A stretch of DNA of 64,000 bases from Raja brachyura (GCA_963514005.1 OY740786.1:18910001-18974000), one strand, 5' to 3'; numbered from the stretch's first letter, positions 13,058 through 27,474 are shown. Numbers and translations are program-made. Notes: generated by a model not told the origin, from the letters alone.

Positions 13058-16000
13058 ACTAAGTTTATCTATCTACTTTCTGTGGCCTATGGATCAGATC
13101 CACTACATATTGCTGATCGAAATTTAGCTGAGAAGTTTTCAAATTGACCATCATTTTCCTTTCTCGTATTCCCACATAGAGAAACAGGAAGGTGCCTCAT
13201 GGACACATGCCACCCTCTGATATCATTGCCATCAGCAAACCCATACCTTGCCTGGGTCCCATTATACTTGCCAAAGTGAAAGTGCTCTAAGGATCCACCA
13301 GTCTGATTCTAGGCAGGGCGGCTTTGCCATGTGAGGAGAGATGCTTGGATCCCATGGTGTTTAGTAGAATGTGAGGAGATGTCAGTGAAATCTATAAAAT
13401 GTTTTCACAACTTGACAGGCTAGAAACTGGGAGGGGTTTTCCCTGGCTGAGGAGGTTAGAACTGGGAGGCATTGACTAAGAAGTGGAGGTAGACCATCGA
13501 AGAGTGAAATGAGAAGATATTTCTTCACAGGGATGGTGTTAAGTCCTGGAATTCTCTCATCAGGAGGTCAGTGGAGGCTTAGTCACTGAATTCATACAAA
13601 TAGAGCTCGATAGATTTAGGAATATTAATGGAGACTTAGAGATAGTGCAGGATAATGATGTTGAGAAAGTAGATTAGACATGATTAAGAAGAAGGGATTT
13701 CAACCCGCAGCATGTAAAAATGTAATTGTTCCGTTGGCAGTACATATGACAATTAAACACTCTTGACTTTTGAATGGTGAAGCAGACTTGAAAGACTGGT
13801 GACTTCTTGCTACTACTAATTCCTCTCTTATGCACTTATGTTATAAGGTCATAAGGAATAGGAGTAGAATTAGGCCATTCGGCCCATCAAGTCTACTCCG
13901 CCATTCAATCATGGCCGATCTAGCTCCCCCTCCTAACCCCATTTTCCTGCCTTCTCCCCATAACCTCTGACACCTGTACTATTCAAGAATCTATCTATCT
14001 CTGCCTTAAAAAATATTCACTGACATGGCCTCCATAGCCTTCTGAGATAAAGAATTCCACAGATTCACCACCCTCTGACTAAAGAAATTTAACCTCATCT
14101 CCTTCCTAAAAGAACGTCCTTTAATTCTGACCTTGTTATGTTCTGCCCTCGTCTATCCTTCCACGGGGCAGTTTGCAAAAAGGAATGGTCATGGTTTATA
14201 TACTAATTGTCTTTAAGTCCTTTAACCTCCAAGTCAAATCAAAGTAACCCTTGTCATTCCCAATCCATGTAGTGGGAAGAGCTGATCTCTGTGGAGTAGA
14301 AAACTGTCTGCTCCAGTTTTTTAAAAAATTAAATCGGCATTAACAACCTCCATAATGCTCTTTTGCAAAGCTATAAAAATATCACAACATTTGTGTGGTT
14401 TTGTTTTAAAATAAAGCTATTAGTGGCACTCAAGGCCTTTGCTGTCTTTTGTCGCATCCCCACGGCCTCAAAGCTATGACCTCAGGAAGCAGTTCTTAAA
14501 GGGTCACCCCAAACTGCAAGCAGCGCTCTCTCTGTTACTGAGGAGAGTTGACGACGAGTAAATAATGGATAGACGGGTGGCTGATGTTTCTAGAAACCAA
14601 CACAGGCTACTTAATAACAGAATATGAAGGGGGGGGGGAACCTCTTTGCGAACGGAAGCTTCTGGAGAGAAGCTGCCAGGGGAGCTGTCTGGAAAGATAT
14701 GAATGCTCTTTCTGAATGCCTGTAGTTTGGGGAACCAAATATCCCTGACAGCTCTGAATGTTAAGATTGCACCACTTATTTAGGTTTTGCCATCACAGCA
14801 TATGAGCATTTTTCGACTTGGAATGGAGCAGTGAGCACCACAGTGTGATTTGTGACGTATATCAACTGAGACAGCCTGGAAGAATCCCAAAGCTAGGTTT
14901 CTGACTGCGAGCATGACTTTGACTTTGAGAGTAGTGCTTCTTTTGGTGGAGGTTTTCTGCGAGTTTGGATTATCGTGTAGAATGGTAGCTTGTATTGGAA
15001 TGGCTCCCTCGAGAGATGTTGATGCAAGGATGGCTCTCTGTGATGAAGACATTTGCGTACCTTCTCTCTCTTTTGTCACGTGCCTTCTGCATTTTATTTA
15101 GTCCTCATCTGATGAACATTAAACCGGTTCTCTATTTGCAGCATTTTGTTCCGGCGTATCTGAGGATGAGGGTGGTGACTGGGATCCTGGTTTGTGTACA
15201 TTTCCACGAGTCTTGTTTCATTGAGAATTGGCACTCTGCCTATGAATGCAGGAGCAATATGCCTGTCCTTCTAAATAAAGCTGCTGTATGTTGTTATTGT
15301 TATATACAGCTGGTTCTTGATGTGCGTGCCGGTGCCATTTCAGAGCAATCTGATTAGAGTCATAGGGTCATGGGGTCATCAAATCTGACAGAATGGAAGC
15401 AGGCCCTTTGGCCCAACTTGTCCACATTGGCCAACACGTCCTATCTACGGTGGGTTGATGGGCCTGTTTCCACACTGTATCTCTAAAATGAGAAACTATG
15501 TATCTCTAAAATGAGTACCCCATTTCACTGAAGCATAGCTTCACCATATTGTCTTGCTAGAGACACGTTTTGATCATTGCAGTACTCATAGAGTCACAGA
15601 TAGTAGTCGGTCATAGAGTGATACACTGTGGAAACAGGCCCTTTGGCCCAACCTGCCCACAACATGTCCCAGCTACACTGCCAGCATTTGGTCCAAATCT
15701 CTCCAAACCTGTCCTATCCATGTACCTGTCTAACTGTTTCTTAAATGGTGGGATAGTCCCTGCCTCAACTACGTCCTCTGGCAGTTCCATACACCCACCA
15801 CCCTTTGTGTGAAAATGTTCAGATTTCTATTAAATCTTTTCCCCATCACCTTAAACCTCTGTCCTTTAGTCCTCGATTCACCTACTCTGGGCAAGAGACT
15901 CGGTGTATCTACCCAATCTATTCCTCTCATGATCTTCAAGAGTCAAAAGAGTCAAAAGTGTGTTATTGTCATATGTCCCAGATAGAACAATGAAATTGTT

Positions 16001-16316
16001 ACTTGGTGCACCTCTATAAGGTCACCTCTATAAGATCACCCCTCAATAAGATTACCCCTCATCCTCCTGCTCTCCACGGAATAGAGTCCCAGCCTACTCA
16101 GCCTCTGCTCAGACCCTCTAGTCCTGACAACAACCTCGTAAATCTTCTCTGTACCCTTTCCAGCTTGACAACATCTTTCTTATAACATGGTGCTCAGAAC
16201 TGAGTACTGTTGATGTAATTTAACAAATGAGTTGCCAGAAAAATAATACTCAGGAGCAGGAAAAAGAACAAAATGGGATGGATCCCTTTCAGGCGATAAT
16301 AAATCTAAACGTCTAA

Positions 16317-16636
16317 TAGCCCTGTCCCATGGTACGAGTTCATTCCAAGAGCTCTCCCGAGTTTTAAAAAAACCAAACTCGTGGTAAACACGGAGAATGA
16401 ACGTAGCGGGTACGTCGGAGCTCGGGATGTCTCTTAGCGCTAACGGCAGGTACTCGGGAAGACTCGCTTTACAGCAGGTAAGCGCGGGAAGACTCGTGAA
16501 GATTTTTCAACATGTTGAAAAATGTCCACGAGAGCCCCGAGTACCGACGAGTGGCCATTACCGTAAATCTCCGAGTTCGAATCAGGGCAAACTCGGGAGA
16601 GCTCTTGGAATGAACTCGTACCGTGGGACAGGGCTT
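16317..16636. mobile_element. Harbinger/PIF-type MITE (same family as 9230-9549, opposite orientation)
   Basis: Same TIRs; TAA TSD; internal sequence is the reverse complement of the 9230 copy. Confidence 0.88.
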
Positions 16637-19186
16637 TAACATTGGTTATTTACACTATCCCTTATTGGCAGTAAAAATTTGAAAACAGCATATTATCTTA
16701 AGGCTGAATGGAGGCAGAGCAATGAGGTACAGTGACATCTGCGTCTCCAAATGTCTGGTTTATAAAAGACTCGTATACTGATACACCAAGTACATAAGAA
16801 AGCTAACAGAACATTTCTGTACATTGCGAGGATAATTAAATACAAAATTAGGGAATGTAGAATCAAGGAACTGCAGATGATGGTGTACAAAAGAAGACAC
16901 CGAGTGCTGATTCCTGGGCAGAGTGGGTGCTTTTAAATGACCTAGTGTTCAGTGGATGACGGAGAGGGAGTTGGTCCGGCGGGTCAGAGCTGGAAGAAGA
17001 TTTTTGAAAATACTCCCGAGGACTTGACACGGGGAAAACTTTGAGTTTGAAAAGTTTGACAAAAAAAGATTTATTTCCAGTGATCCTTCACAGCCCCATC
17101 AGAGTCCACACACACTTTCTGCTCCTTACTGGCTTTGTGGGGCTTGCATCATACAACAGTACAAGCAGGGCAATTGCCACATCTCGGCTTGAGCTGCCAA
17201 CTGATCATAATTTCTGTTTGGGAAACCATGAAAAGTACTTCATTCAATAGCTTCCTGTTACACAGCCAATGTTTCCCTGGACTTGACCCTTCACTTCCTC
17301 TATTACTCGTGCTGTTTGATATTGTGTCTTTAGTGCTCTTATTTAAGCTTCTTACCCCTAGTCACAGCACTCCCTCGCGTGTGGTGATTTTCACACTACG
17401 CTGCCTTGCTTCAATGTTATTTCAATACATCTCGTGAGATACATACCTTGCACCATCATCCACACGATTGCTGCCGGTGACTAGCACATAACAGCCAGGA
17501 TTAATGAGAACTATTTATATAATGGAAGAACATTCCACTAATCTGATGTTTTAATTTTACCACCGGAGTGTCGTTGCCTTTGCTGCCTCTCTTGATCTTA
17601 AGGTCTGCCACCCCGAGAGTCCACTCTGTCAAAGAGACAGGCTTGGGACATTCCTGGATCATTGTGAAATTCTGCACAGTGGTTTCTTGCAAGGACTGGG
17701 CGGATCATTCTTCAGTCAAAGATACCACGACTTCTGTGACTGTTTACAGGGCATGCATCACTCACATTAGGCAGTACAGTAGTGCAGCTAGTAGAGCTGC
17801 TACCACACAGCTACAGTGACCCAAATCCAATCCTGACCCCTAGTTCTTTCTGTGTGGGATTTGTACGTTCTCTCTGCAACTTCGGGGGAATTGTCTCGGT
17901 TCTCAGGGTCCTGCATCCCAAAGGTATTTAATTTGAGGGGTAAATTGCCCACTGTAAAGTTTCACTAGCTTGCAATGGTGGAGTCTGGGGAAGTGGAAGT
18001 TGATGGGACTATTGGGAGAATAAAATAGGATTGCAGAATAAAAGGGATTAATGTGAACGGGTGCTTGCTGTTCAGTGTGGGCCATAGTGTATCGATGCTG
18101 TATGAATCTGTGACTCACGGCATTAGTTTAGTTTAGTTTAGTTTATTGTCACATGTACCGAGGTACAGTGAAAAACCTTTGTTGTGTGCTAACCAGTTAG
18201 TGGAAAGACTACACGTGATTACAATCGAGCCACCCACAGTGTACAGATACAGGATAAAGGGAATAAAGGGAGTACAGGTTTAAAAGAATAGAGAGATTGT
18301 AATGCATAATTGCAGATCCACCTCTCTGACCAGCACACAAAGAGTCACCGGGCTTGGGCACCAACTTGGACGCCATCTTGGCATTAATAAAAGTCTATAT
18401 AAACTCTTGAAATCTGAAGACTAAAATTTACTCGGGGTAGTAATTCTTCCTTGATTGCCAGTGTTGTAGGGAAATGAGAGTCTTGTCCACCTATTCCACT
18501 CCTTTCCAGAGGTCCAAGAGCAACTCCTGTCCCCAGTTATCTTTAGGTGTGGAATTGGCATTTGGATGCTTGTCAATGCACTATTCTCTGCTGGTGCCTC
18601 CCTCCTTCCACATCACTCCTGCTCCTCAACCATGGTCTAGACCTCATTGCCAGGACTTAAAATATGTTCTTCAGCCAATTTCTCTGAAAAGAGTGGAGTT
18701 TCATCTGCTCTTCTTCCTCTGCAAATCATTGGTACATTAGACATCATCTTTTTCCTTCAGGTCAACTCCAAAGTTGGACTGGGCTGCATGTCTTTTCTTG
18801 CATTGCACATGTTCGGGTATGTTTTTTTGTATCTCAACATAAGATTGTAAGCGCAGGACTCTAAGTAACAATCTCCATAATCCTCTCTCTGGATGCTGTC
18901 TACAAAGAAGACACTGCCCATTCCTGCATTGTCGAGCAGAGGTCAATATACAGTTCATTTCACTGCTGTGTTAGGAATTACCCCTTCCCGTAGTCTTGGC
19001 CACATTGAATGGGCAGGAAGGACCTTCTATTACCTGGCATGGACAAAGCAAACACAGCCCAATCAAAAACAAAATCTCATTGCTAAGCAATTACATTTAT
19101 CCCCCTTGGGAGAAGGAAAATAGGTCCAAAGAAACAAGCGTAGCAATTTCAATTTCTGCATTGTTTGAGGTCCATATTATCTAGAT

Positions 19187-19820
19187 CAGGGGTGTCAAAC
19201 TCATTTTAGGTCACGGGCTGGATTGGGCAAAATGCGACTTCATGAGGGCCGGATCAGTTGTTGGGCTGATTGGGCAAAATGCAACTTCATGAGGGGCCGG
19301 GCCGCAAAGGTCAGTCAGCCAGCCCGAGGCCAAGGGGAGCTCAGCGCCGCCATCTTGTCTGTTTGACAATGGTTGCCGGGGCAACTGTCTCCTTGGCAAC
19401 CGTGGCCAATCATGGAGCAGAGGGCGGGAACGCCCCGCCGCCATCTTGCCTCTTTGACAGCAGTTGCCTGGGGCAACCGTCCCCTTGGCAACCACGGGCC
19501 AATCACGGAGCGGAGGGAGCGCCCCTGCCGACACAGACAGCGGTGGGAGAGAGAGCGGCAAGGGAGAGAGAGCGGCAAGGGAGAGAGAGCGGCGAGGGAG
19601 AGAGAGCAGAGAGGGAGAGAGAGCGGCGAGAGAGAGAGAGCGGCGAGGGAGAGAGAGCAGAGAGGGAGAGAGAGCGGCGAGGGAGAAGAGCGGCGAGAGA
19701 GTGCGGCTGCCGTTCAGATACATAATAAATGGTCATGAATATACTCTTTTTTTCCCCAAATCATCCCGTGGGCCGAATTGGACCCCTTCGCGGGCCTGAT
19801 GCGGCCCATGGGCCGACAGC
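19187..19820 (+). mobile_element. hAT-Charlie-like non-autonomous element, 3' TIR missing, with an internal GA-rich tandem repeat
   Basis: Starts CAGGGGTGTCAAAC after ATCTAGAT (Charlie-type target); GCGGGCC subterminal motifs; GAGAGAGCGGCGAGG-like repeats at about 19547-19700. Confidence 0.7.
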
Positions 19821-20054
19821 TTTCAGATAATGCCAGTAATTATTGTGCAGCCATATCCCAAACTCACACATACTATGCAGATTGGCCCCAATTCCATTTA
19901 AAGATTTTTTTTCTCTATGAATTATTTCAATCTTAAATCCTAATTTGAGAATGAAATAAAAACATGTTAGCACCCATAGTCAACTTGAGTGTAGTTCCAG
20001 GAACACTCAACAAGTTTGACACCATCCAGAACAAAGCATCTCACATGAGTGGTA

Positions 20055-20262
20055 AGATGGACACAAAGTGCAACAGTAACTCAGCAGGTTAGGCAGCATC
20101 TCTGGAGAATATGGATAGGTGACGGTTTGGGTCGGGACCTTTCTTCATACCCTAAATGTCACTTATCCATGTTCCCCAGAGATGTTGCCTGACCTGCTGA
20201 GTCACTCCAGAACTCTTTTTCCTTCTTCGTTAACCAGCATCTGCAGTTCTTTGTTTTCTACG
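20055..20262. mobile_element. Fold-back Penelope-derived element, 12-bp TSD
   Basis: Inverted arms; ACATGA(G/T)TGGTA at 20043-20054 and 20263-20274. Confidence 0.78.
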
Positions 20263-20534
20263 ACATGATTGGTACGCTATCCATCACCCTAACCATTTAT
20301 TCTATCCACCATTGGTGCAGTGTCTGCAGTGTGTATTATCTACCAAATGCACTATAGTTACCCATCTAGAATACACTGGCAGCTACTTCTATACCAACGA
20401 CCTCTGCCACCAGAAGAACAGGGGCAGCAACTGTACAAGAACCTTCATGTTCCCCACCAAGTTGTGTGCCACACTGACTTCATCATCACTGGCTCTAACT
20501 CCCTGAACTTGTTCCCCAACTGCTCTATGGGAGT

Positions 20535-20766
20535 TAGACACAAAATACTGGAGGAACTCAGCGGGGCAGGCAGCATCTCTGAAGAGAAGGAATGGATGAC
20601 ATTTCGGGTCATGACCCTTCTTCAGACCGTATGAAGAAGGGTCTTGCTACGAAACGTCACCCATTTTTTTTCTCCAGAGATGCTGCCTGATCGCTGAGTT
20701 ACTCCAGCATTTTGTGTCTATCTTGGGTGTAAACCAGCATCTGCAATTCCTTTTTACACGTTTTGT
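20535..20766. mobile_element. Fold-back Penelope-derived element, 15-bp TSD
   Basis: Inverted arms centred near 20628; CTGCTCT(A/G)TGGGAGT at 20520-20534 and 20767-20781. Confidence 0.8.
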
Positions 20767-21415
20767 CTGCTCTGTGGGAGTAACTGAACCAGGAAGACTG
20801 CCAGGTGGCTTACCACCATCTTCTCAAGGGCAATTTGAGATGGGAAATACACCATGTGCTTCTATGCCAGATCTCTCCACCCCCACCCCACCAATATAAT
20901 AAATATAAAAATAAAATTTGTACAAACATGGTCCTTTCTATGGTCCATTATGTGCTTCAACCATTTGCTGCTGCTCACTCAAATCCCCATGGCAACCATA
21001 TATGAAATGGATACAGGAGAGATGAAAACTGACATTCTGATTGCCATGGGTTTCCTGCAATATCAAATAGCAAACTTCCATTGTTTGATCCATTCTGCAA
21101 ATTCAACCTTAAATCTTAGCAACTGTTGCCTGCGAATTTATTTCATCACATTAAAACTCTCTTTACCCTTAACCAATTCAATTCATTCATAGAACCTAGC
21201 TGTTTGGCCCACAATGTTTGTGCCGAATATGATGCCTCTTTAATGCCACTATCATATCTGCCTCCACCACCGCATCTGGCAGTGATTCCCACCTGATAGG
21301 TAATCTTTGAAAAGGTATTAATGGCTGCAATTTAAATTATATTGTGTAGAAGAAATGGATAAAGAACCGTCTGTGATACGTTCAGTCAGCTAACCTGGAT
21401 AAGGAAGATGCCACA

Positions 21416-21718
21416 TGGGCGGCACAGTGGCGCAGCGGTAGAGTTGCTGCCTTATCGTGCTTACTACACCTGAGACCTGGGTTCGATCCTGGCTACGGGT
21501 GCTTGTCTGTACAGAGTTTGTAAGTTCTCCCCATGACCTGCGTGGGTTTTCTCTGATAACTTCAGTTATCTCTCAAACTCCAAAGACATACAGGTTTGTA
21601 GCATAATTGGCTAGGTATAAATGTAAAAATTGTCCCTGGTGTAGGATAGCGTTAATGTGCGGGGATTGCTGGTCAGTGTGGGCTCGGTGGGCTCAAGGGC
21701 CCGTTTCCACGCTGTATT
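21416..21718 (+). mobile_element. tRNA-derived SINE
   Basis: GGCGGCACAGTGGCGCAGCGG head, GGTTCGATCC B box. Confidence 0.82.
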
Positions 21719-23246
21719 AATGGAGTAAAACTGCAGATACTGGAATTGTAAATGGTGTTAGTACTGGCCAAATTAAAGACACCATAAAATGTAGGATCCC
21801 TGCACTTGTCATAATTGCTTAACCCTTGTCAGCTGAAATTTACGGGCTTTGGATGGTGCCAGCCAGTCTAGGCTCAGACTGGTATGCAGGATGGTGAGGG
21901 ATCCAGGTTTTCTTGTTCCTCCTAAATTGATAAAATGTATAGCAGTTTTGCAAACAAACTTTAAATGTATAATTTCAATTGGATCGCTGCAAGGGCATTG
22001 TAAATAGAATAAATAATGTTGCGAGATGGTCATTGATGATTGGTCGAACCTTGGAGAAACTATCTGAATCCCAAGGCACATGTTGCTATGTTTGTTTCCT
22101 TCTAGAAGCTCCTTTCGAATACAATGTATTAGTTACTGTGTTATTGGGTTAGGGAACTGTCTATCATGTTCCATGTAAATCGATATGTGTGATTGGGTTG
22201 TGGAGAGACCACCCCCATGTGGTTTGGTCCCTCAAAGTTCGGGGACCTATAAAAGGTCGCTCCCACGAGGTCCGATGTCGATCTTCTTGAAGAACACTTG
22301 GGGCTGCGTGACCTTTTGGAATGTCTCTGCTTGCATGTGGCTAGAAGAGCTTGGCAAAGCAGAAACAAGGATCAAACCCGTGGTGGTCAGATATAGTAGA
22401 GGCGAACTGTTGTTGTGTTATTCAAAATAAAGTTTGGTTGTGCAAGTACTTGATTCAATATTTTATTGACTGAAACGAGACTGGAGGAAGCTTACAATGA
22501 GCTATTTGCACTGGCAGATACAGCGTTGGCATCTAAGAGGGTTTTGGATAAACACATGGATATGGAGGGAACGGAGGGATATTGATTACATGCAGGCAGA
22601 GGAGATTAGTTTAACTTGGCATCGTGTTCAGAACAGATATTGTGGGCTGAAGGGCCTGTTCCTGTACTGTACTGTTCTATGTTCCAAAACAACCATGCTA
22701 TCATGAGAAAAACGCTCTTTCCATGCCTTTGAGGATGTCAATGAACTCACCACACCCTCTTTATGAAGCATTTCCACCACTTAGCTAATTTCTGTCGCTC
22801 AAATTTCTGCTTCCTGTGTGGAGTTTCTGTGTGGAGAATTTCTGTGTGGAGTTGTGCCCTGGGTACTCTAGATGCCTCCCGCAGCCCAAAGATGTTGCAG
22901 TCAGTGGGTTAATTGAACGCTTTCAATTACCCCTGGTGTGGTCGGTGACAGGAGAATCTGGGGAGTTGATGGGCAAATGGGCGAAAACAGGTCACAGGGA
23001 AATAAGTAGGGGAATACGACTAATGGGAATGGCCCTATAGATATTTGAGACTCGATATGCCAAGTGGCCATTAAAATAATGAGATCTGTGAATATAGGGG
23101 ATAGACTGTGATCTTATTGAATGATAGAGCAAGCTTGAAGGGCTGAATAGCCTACCCCGGTCTCACTTGTTTGGTGCTCGAGTTCCATACTTGGGGTGCT
23201 TTGGCATTAGCGATGTACTCCTTTAAATAAGGTTATAAACCAAGAC

Positions 23247-23339
23247 GGGGGTACACAAAAGGCTGGAGAAACTCAGCGGGTGCAGCAGCATCTAAGGAGC
23301 GAAGGAGATAGGCGACGTTTCGGATCGAGACCTTCTTCG
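23247..23339 (-). mobile_element. Single-arm Penelope-derived insertion, 11-bp TSD
   Basis: TAAACCAAGAC at 23236-23246 and 23340-23350 flanks a related terminal motif. Confidence 0.75.
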
Positions 23340-24339
23340 TAAACCAAGACCCTGTCTGCTCTCTCAGATGGTGCTATTTTAAGGAGAGGAGAAATTAATT
23401 CCGCTATGCTTTCCAACATTTATCTTCCAGTGAACATTCTTGAAACGCACGTTACCGCATAGCTGCTTGGGGGGGGTCGCTGTATGCAAATTGGCTGCTG
23501 CATTTCCTATATTGTAAAACTGTCCATCGGAAGTAATTCTTTAGCTTAGCAAAACCCTGATGGTTTGGAAGATGCTTCTTCAATGAGTGATCCTTTCTAT
23601 TCCACAGAAATGTGCCCAGCAAGAGGCAGTGCCATCTGTGCAATGAAGCAAAAATACAAGCTACTCTTGAATTAATTCAGAGATGGTAGGCAAGGGACTT
23701 GAAGTTGTACATGTAAATCCCCAATTAAATTCTCATCATCTGACATTAACATCCTGTTTCCAGCAAAACTTTTAAGACTTTATCATAGTTACAGAATGTG
23801 TGTGTGTGTGAGAGAGATACCATAGAAATATAAATGTAATATGTCCAGGAGTAGGTCATTCAGACCTTCGAGGTGACGTTTCGGGTCAAGACCAACAATG
23901 GGTGACGTTTCGGGTCAAGACCCTTCTTTCAGACTGAAGAAGTCTCGACACGAAACATCACCCATTGTTTCTCTCCAGAGATGCTGCCGGTTCCGCTGAG
24001 TTACTCCTACATTTTGTGTCCTTTTTCAAATGCGCTCCAGACGGCTGTGCGGGCACATGAAATCGCGCGCGACCTTCGCGGGACACGTAAGTGGGACAGG
24101 GGCTTTACTCTCTCTTGAAAACATCCAGTGAATTGGCCTTCACTGCCTTCGGTGGCAGAGAATTCCATAGATTCACGACTTCTCTGGGTGAAAACATTTT
24201 TCCTCATATCAGTCCTAAATGGCCTACCCCTTATTCTTAAACTGTGACTCTTGGTTCTGGACTCCCCCAACATCAGAACATTTTTCCTGCAATGAGAATG
24301 ACAATAGCAATGGAGACAGAAATATTCAACAATGCAGCA

Positions 24340-25075
24340 TAGGAACACATGAACAAGCCCTTCAGCCCACCATGATGTAAATCTAACCAATTTTATGTGC
24401 CTCCACATGGTCTGTATCCCTCTACTCCCTGCCTGCTCATGTATCACTCCAAATGTCTCTTAAACAGTTTCTATTGTATCTGCTTCCACCACTTTCCCTG
24501 GCAATAAGTTCCAGGTTCATAACACTCTGTGCAGTAAAATAATCTTTAAATCTCCTTTAAATATTTCCTCCATCCCACCTTAAACCTCCCTGGGAAAAAA
24601 GACAGTATCAACCCCTATCTATGCCTTTCCTAAATGTATATCCTTCTAACAGATCGCTCCCTCAGCCTCCGCACCCCAGCAAAAACAATCCAAGTTTATC
24701 CAGCCTCTTGTCATAGCTAACACTTCCCATTCAAGGCAACATCTTGGTGAACCTCTTCTGCACCCTCTCCAAAGTCTTCACATCCTTCCCACAGTGTGGA
24801 ACTGCAGACAGTACTCCAAATATGGCCTAACGAAAACATTTTACAGCTGCAAAATGAATTGCCGACTTTTACACTCAACGTCCTGCCTGATAAAGGCAAA
24901 GATACTGTCGGCTTTCTATCTACTTGTATTGTCACTTTCAGGGAGCTGTGGACTTGCACATAAAATCTCTCATCACATCAATGCCCCTGAGTGTCCTGCC
25001 ATATATTGTATATTTTCCTTTCGTATTTGAACTCCCAAAGTGAAGCATCTCACACTTGTCCAGATTAAACTCCAT
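24340..25075 (-). mobile_element. Degenerate CR1 LINE fragment
   Basis: Antisense remnants of QVHSSLKV and RPHLEYC motifs with frameshifts. Confidence 0.7.
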
Positions 25076-25359
25076 CAGTACCGCAACTCCACCATTTTAT
25101 GTGCCATAAGTGTTACACTGTGTTGTAATTCAAGCATCACATTATGTGTATAAATGTGTGAGAAAAGCGTGGTGTGTCTGTGGCACATTATGTTTGTATG
25201 TGTACGAAAGAGTAAGAATTACACAGTGCTGGCAGTACATAGATATATGACATTGTGTATATGCAGTTATTTGCATGTGATACACTAACTGTGTGTGTGT
25301 TTATTTGTGAACCTGTACATGCATTCATGCTATGTGTGCACACCTCCTTGTGTTAAATC

Positions 25360-25361
<2 letters not shown>

Positions 25362-25424
<63 letters not shown>

Positions 25425-25745
25425 GGGTGTGGGTGTGTGTGTTTATTTGTGAACCTGTACATGCCTTCATGCTATGTGTGCACANNNNNNNNNNNNNNNN
25501 NNNNNNNNNNNNNNNNNNNNNNNNNNNNNNNNNNNNNNNNNNNNNNNNNNNNNNNNNNNNNNNNNNNNNNNNNNNNNNNNNNNNNNNNNNNNNNNNNNNN
25601 NNNNNNNNNNNNNNNNNNNNNNNNGTGTTGTTGTGGGGGTGTGTGTGTGTGTGGGGGGGGTGTGTGTTGTTGTGGGGGTGTGGGTGTTCGTGTGTGTGGG
25701 TGTGTGTGGGTATGTGTGTGTGTGGGTATGTGGGTGTGTCTGTGT
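25362..25745. repeat. (GT)n microsatellite region containing an assembly gap (N at 25485-25623)
   Basis: Visible directly. Confidence 0.97.
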
Positions 25746-27474
25746 GTCCGTTCTAAATTAAAACAGGGAATACAACTGGAAATCAGTGGATGAAAGAAAT
25801 TCAGCAGCTCTGTCCATTTGATTACAATTATTTAGCTCAATCCACTCTCTGCCTGCTGCTGTCTTTTGCCTTCTTCCCCTTTTTCTTTCCATGCCACTGC
25901 CATTGTACTTTTAAGATGAAACTCCAGTCCTTATCAGGACCAATCCTTTACTGTGACCAAATAAGTAAAATTCCATTTTTATTACTTGAATTCCGGGATT
26001 TTTAATGGTGGTTTTGGGGGATTGCATTCCATCGTGCCGTCCAAATATCAAGGCTCAGTGGCTTTAGCCCTGATCCCACCTTCACTTAACAGATAAGCTC
26101 TGACAAATGATTAAAAAGGTTCACGGATCGTTCTTTTTGTTGCTGTTGAAAAGCTAAAGCAAAACGGGATTAGACAGCAGACTTGTAGCTCCCCTGTGAA
26201 ACCATGGTAGTTGTGGAATGCAGTGATAATCGCAGTGAATAAGCTGGAGACTGGGGCCATAAGTTGTAATGAAAGGCATTCTGCAGAGTGCCAAAGGGTT
26301 GCCACCCTGCAGTATTATCATGGAGTTAGCAGCCATTAAAGATTGATCATCGTGAAGGACAAAAAAAAATCTTTTGTACTTGGGTTAATGCGGACTTCCA
26401 ATACTATTTATAAAAAAACAATTGTTCATTTATTTATTGTTAAGGTGGCTGTATGACAGAAATTCCAATGCATATAAAAACACACAAGGATGTCAAAAAT
26501 ACTGCTACTTTGGTTATGGGCTGTCATCTTTTTGGGTCTCAAGGAGACACTGGCAACTATTTTCCTTCATGCGCTGTGGAAACTTCAATGCAAGGCTTGA
26601 CTGTTGCCCTGGAGTCAGGTGTGAAGTAGAGGCCTGCACAGAGTCTTGGGTTGGGTGTTGGGGGAGAAGGGTCAGCTCAAAGATGATGTGAGGTGTGACC
26701 GTTGGGTGAAGGGGTCAGTGCTGAGCAGAAATGGATGGGAAGGTCGGGGGGATTGAAAGATGGAAGATGAATAGCAGGACTTAATGTAGAAGGGGTGTCA
26801 GACCATCCTGATGTAGTGAAAGCTCGGTTATCCCAGAAGGATTAGTCCTCCTGATGAAGAGTGGCAGGTCTAAAACCGTGACTGTTTTTATTCCCACAGA
26901 TTTCATACGTGATAGGAACAGAATTAGGCCATTCGGCCCATCAGGTCTACTTCGCCATTCAATCATGGCTGATCTATCTCTCCCTCCTAACTCCATTCTC
27001 CTGCCTTCTCCCCATAACCTCTGACACCCGTGCTAATCAAGAATCTATCTATCTCTGCCTTAAACATATTCGTTGATTTGGCCTCCACAGCCTTCTGTGG
27101 CTGATCTGATGTTCCTGTATTATCTGTTTTGCTCCCTATACCCATGTCTTCTACTTTTGCTCCAAGAGAGGGTGCTGGGAGCAGTACTGGATAGGAGAAA
27201 AATGATCGCAGCCTAAGTGGTAATGCTAGATAAGAGATCTTAGTGTTACTGGCTGGCAAAATAATGAGAGAATGGAGCGCAGTGTTGGATATGTGAGAGT
27301 GAGCATAAAATAGGAAGTATAAGGTGGGGAAAACCACACAAGGAGTCGGGAGATGATGTGGTACAATAGCTCATATCATCTACATCAATAGCTCATATCA
27401 TCCACTATATAGCTGCGTAGGTCCAAACTCACATGGAGGGCAGACGAGTTTGGGTTTATGCGACAATCCATTAC

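Noticed and set aside
19211-19799. Cluster of overlapping 77-170 aa ORFs on both strands
   Set aside because: Produced by the stop-free GA-rich tandem repeat and GC-rich interior of a hAT-like element; low-complexity translations.
21416-21495. tRNA-like A/B boxes as tRNA genes (also in other SINE heads)
   Set aside because: They continue into the SINE body and tail, and no complete cloverleaf is evident.
25291-25793. ORFs and a ~50-bp duplication around the gap
   Set aside because: (GT)n translation across Ns; the duplication next to a gap may be an assembly artefact.
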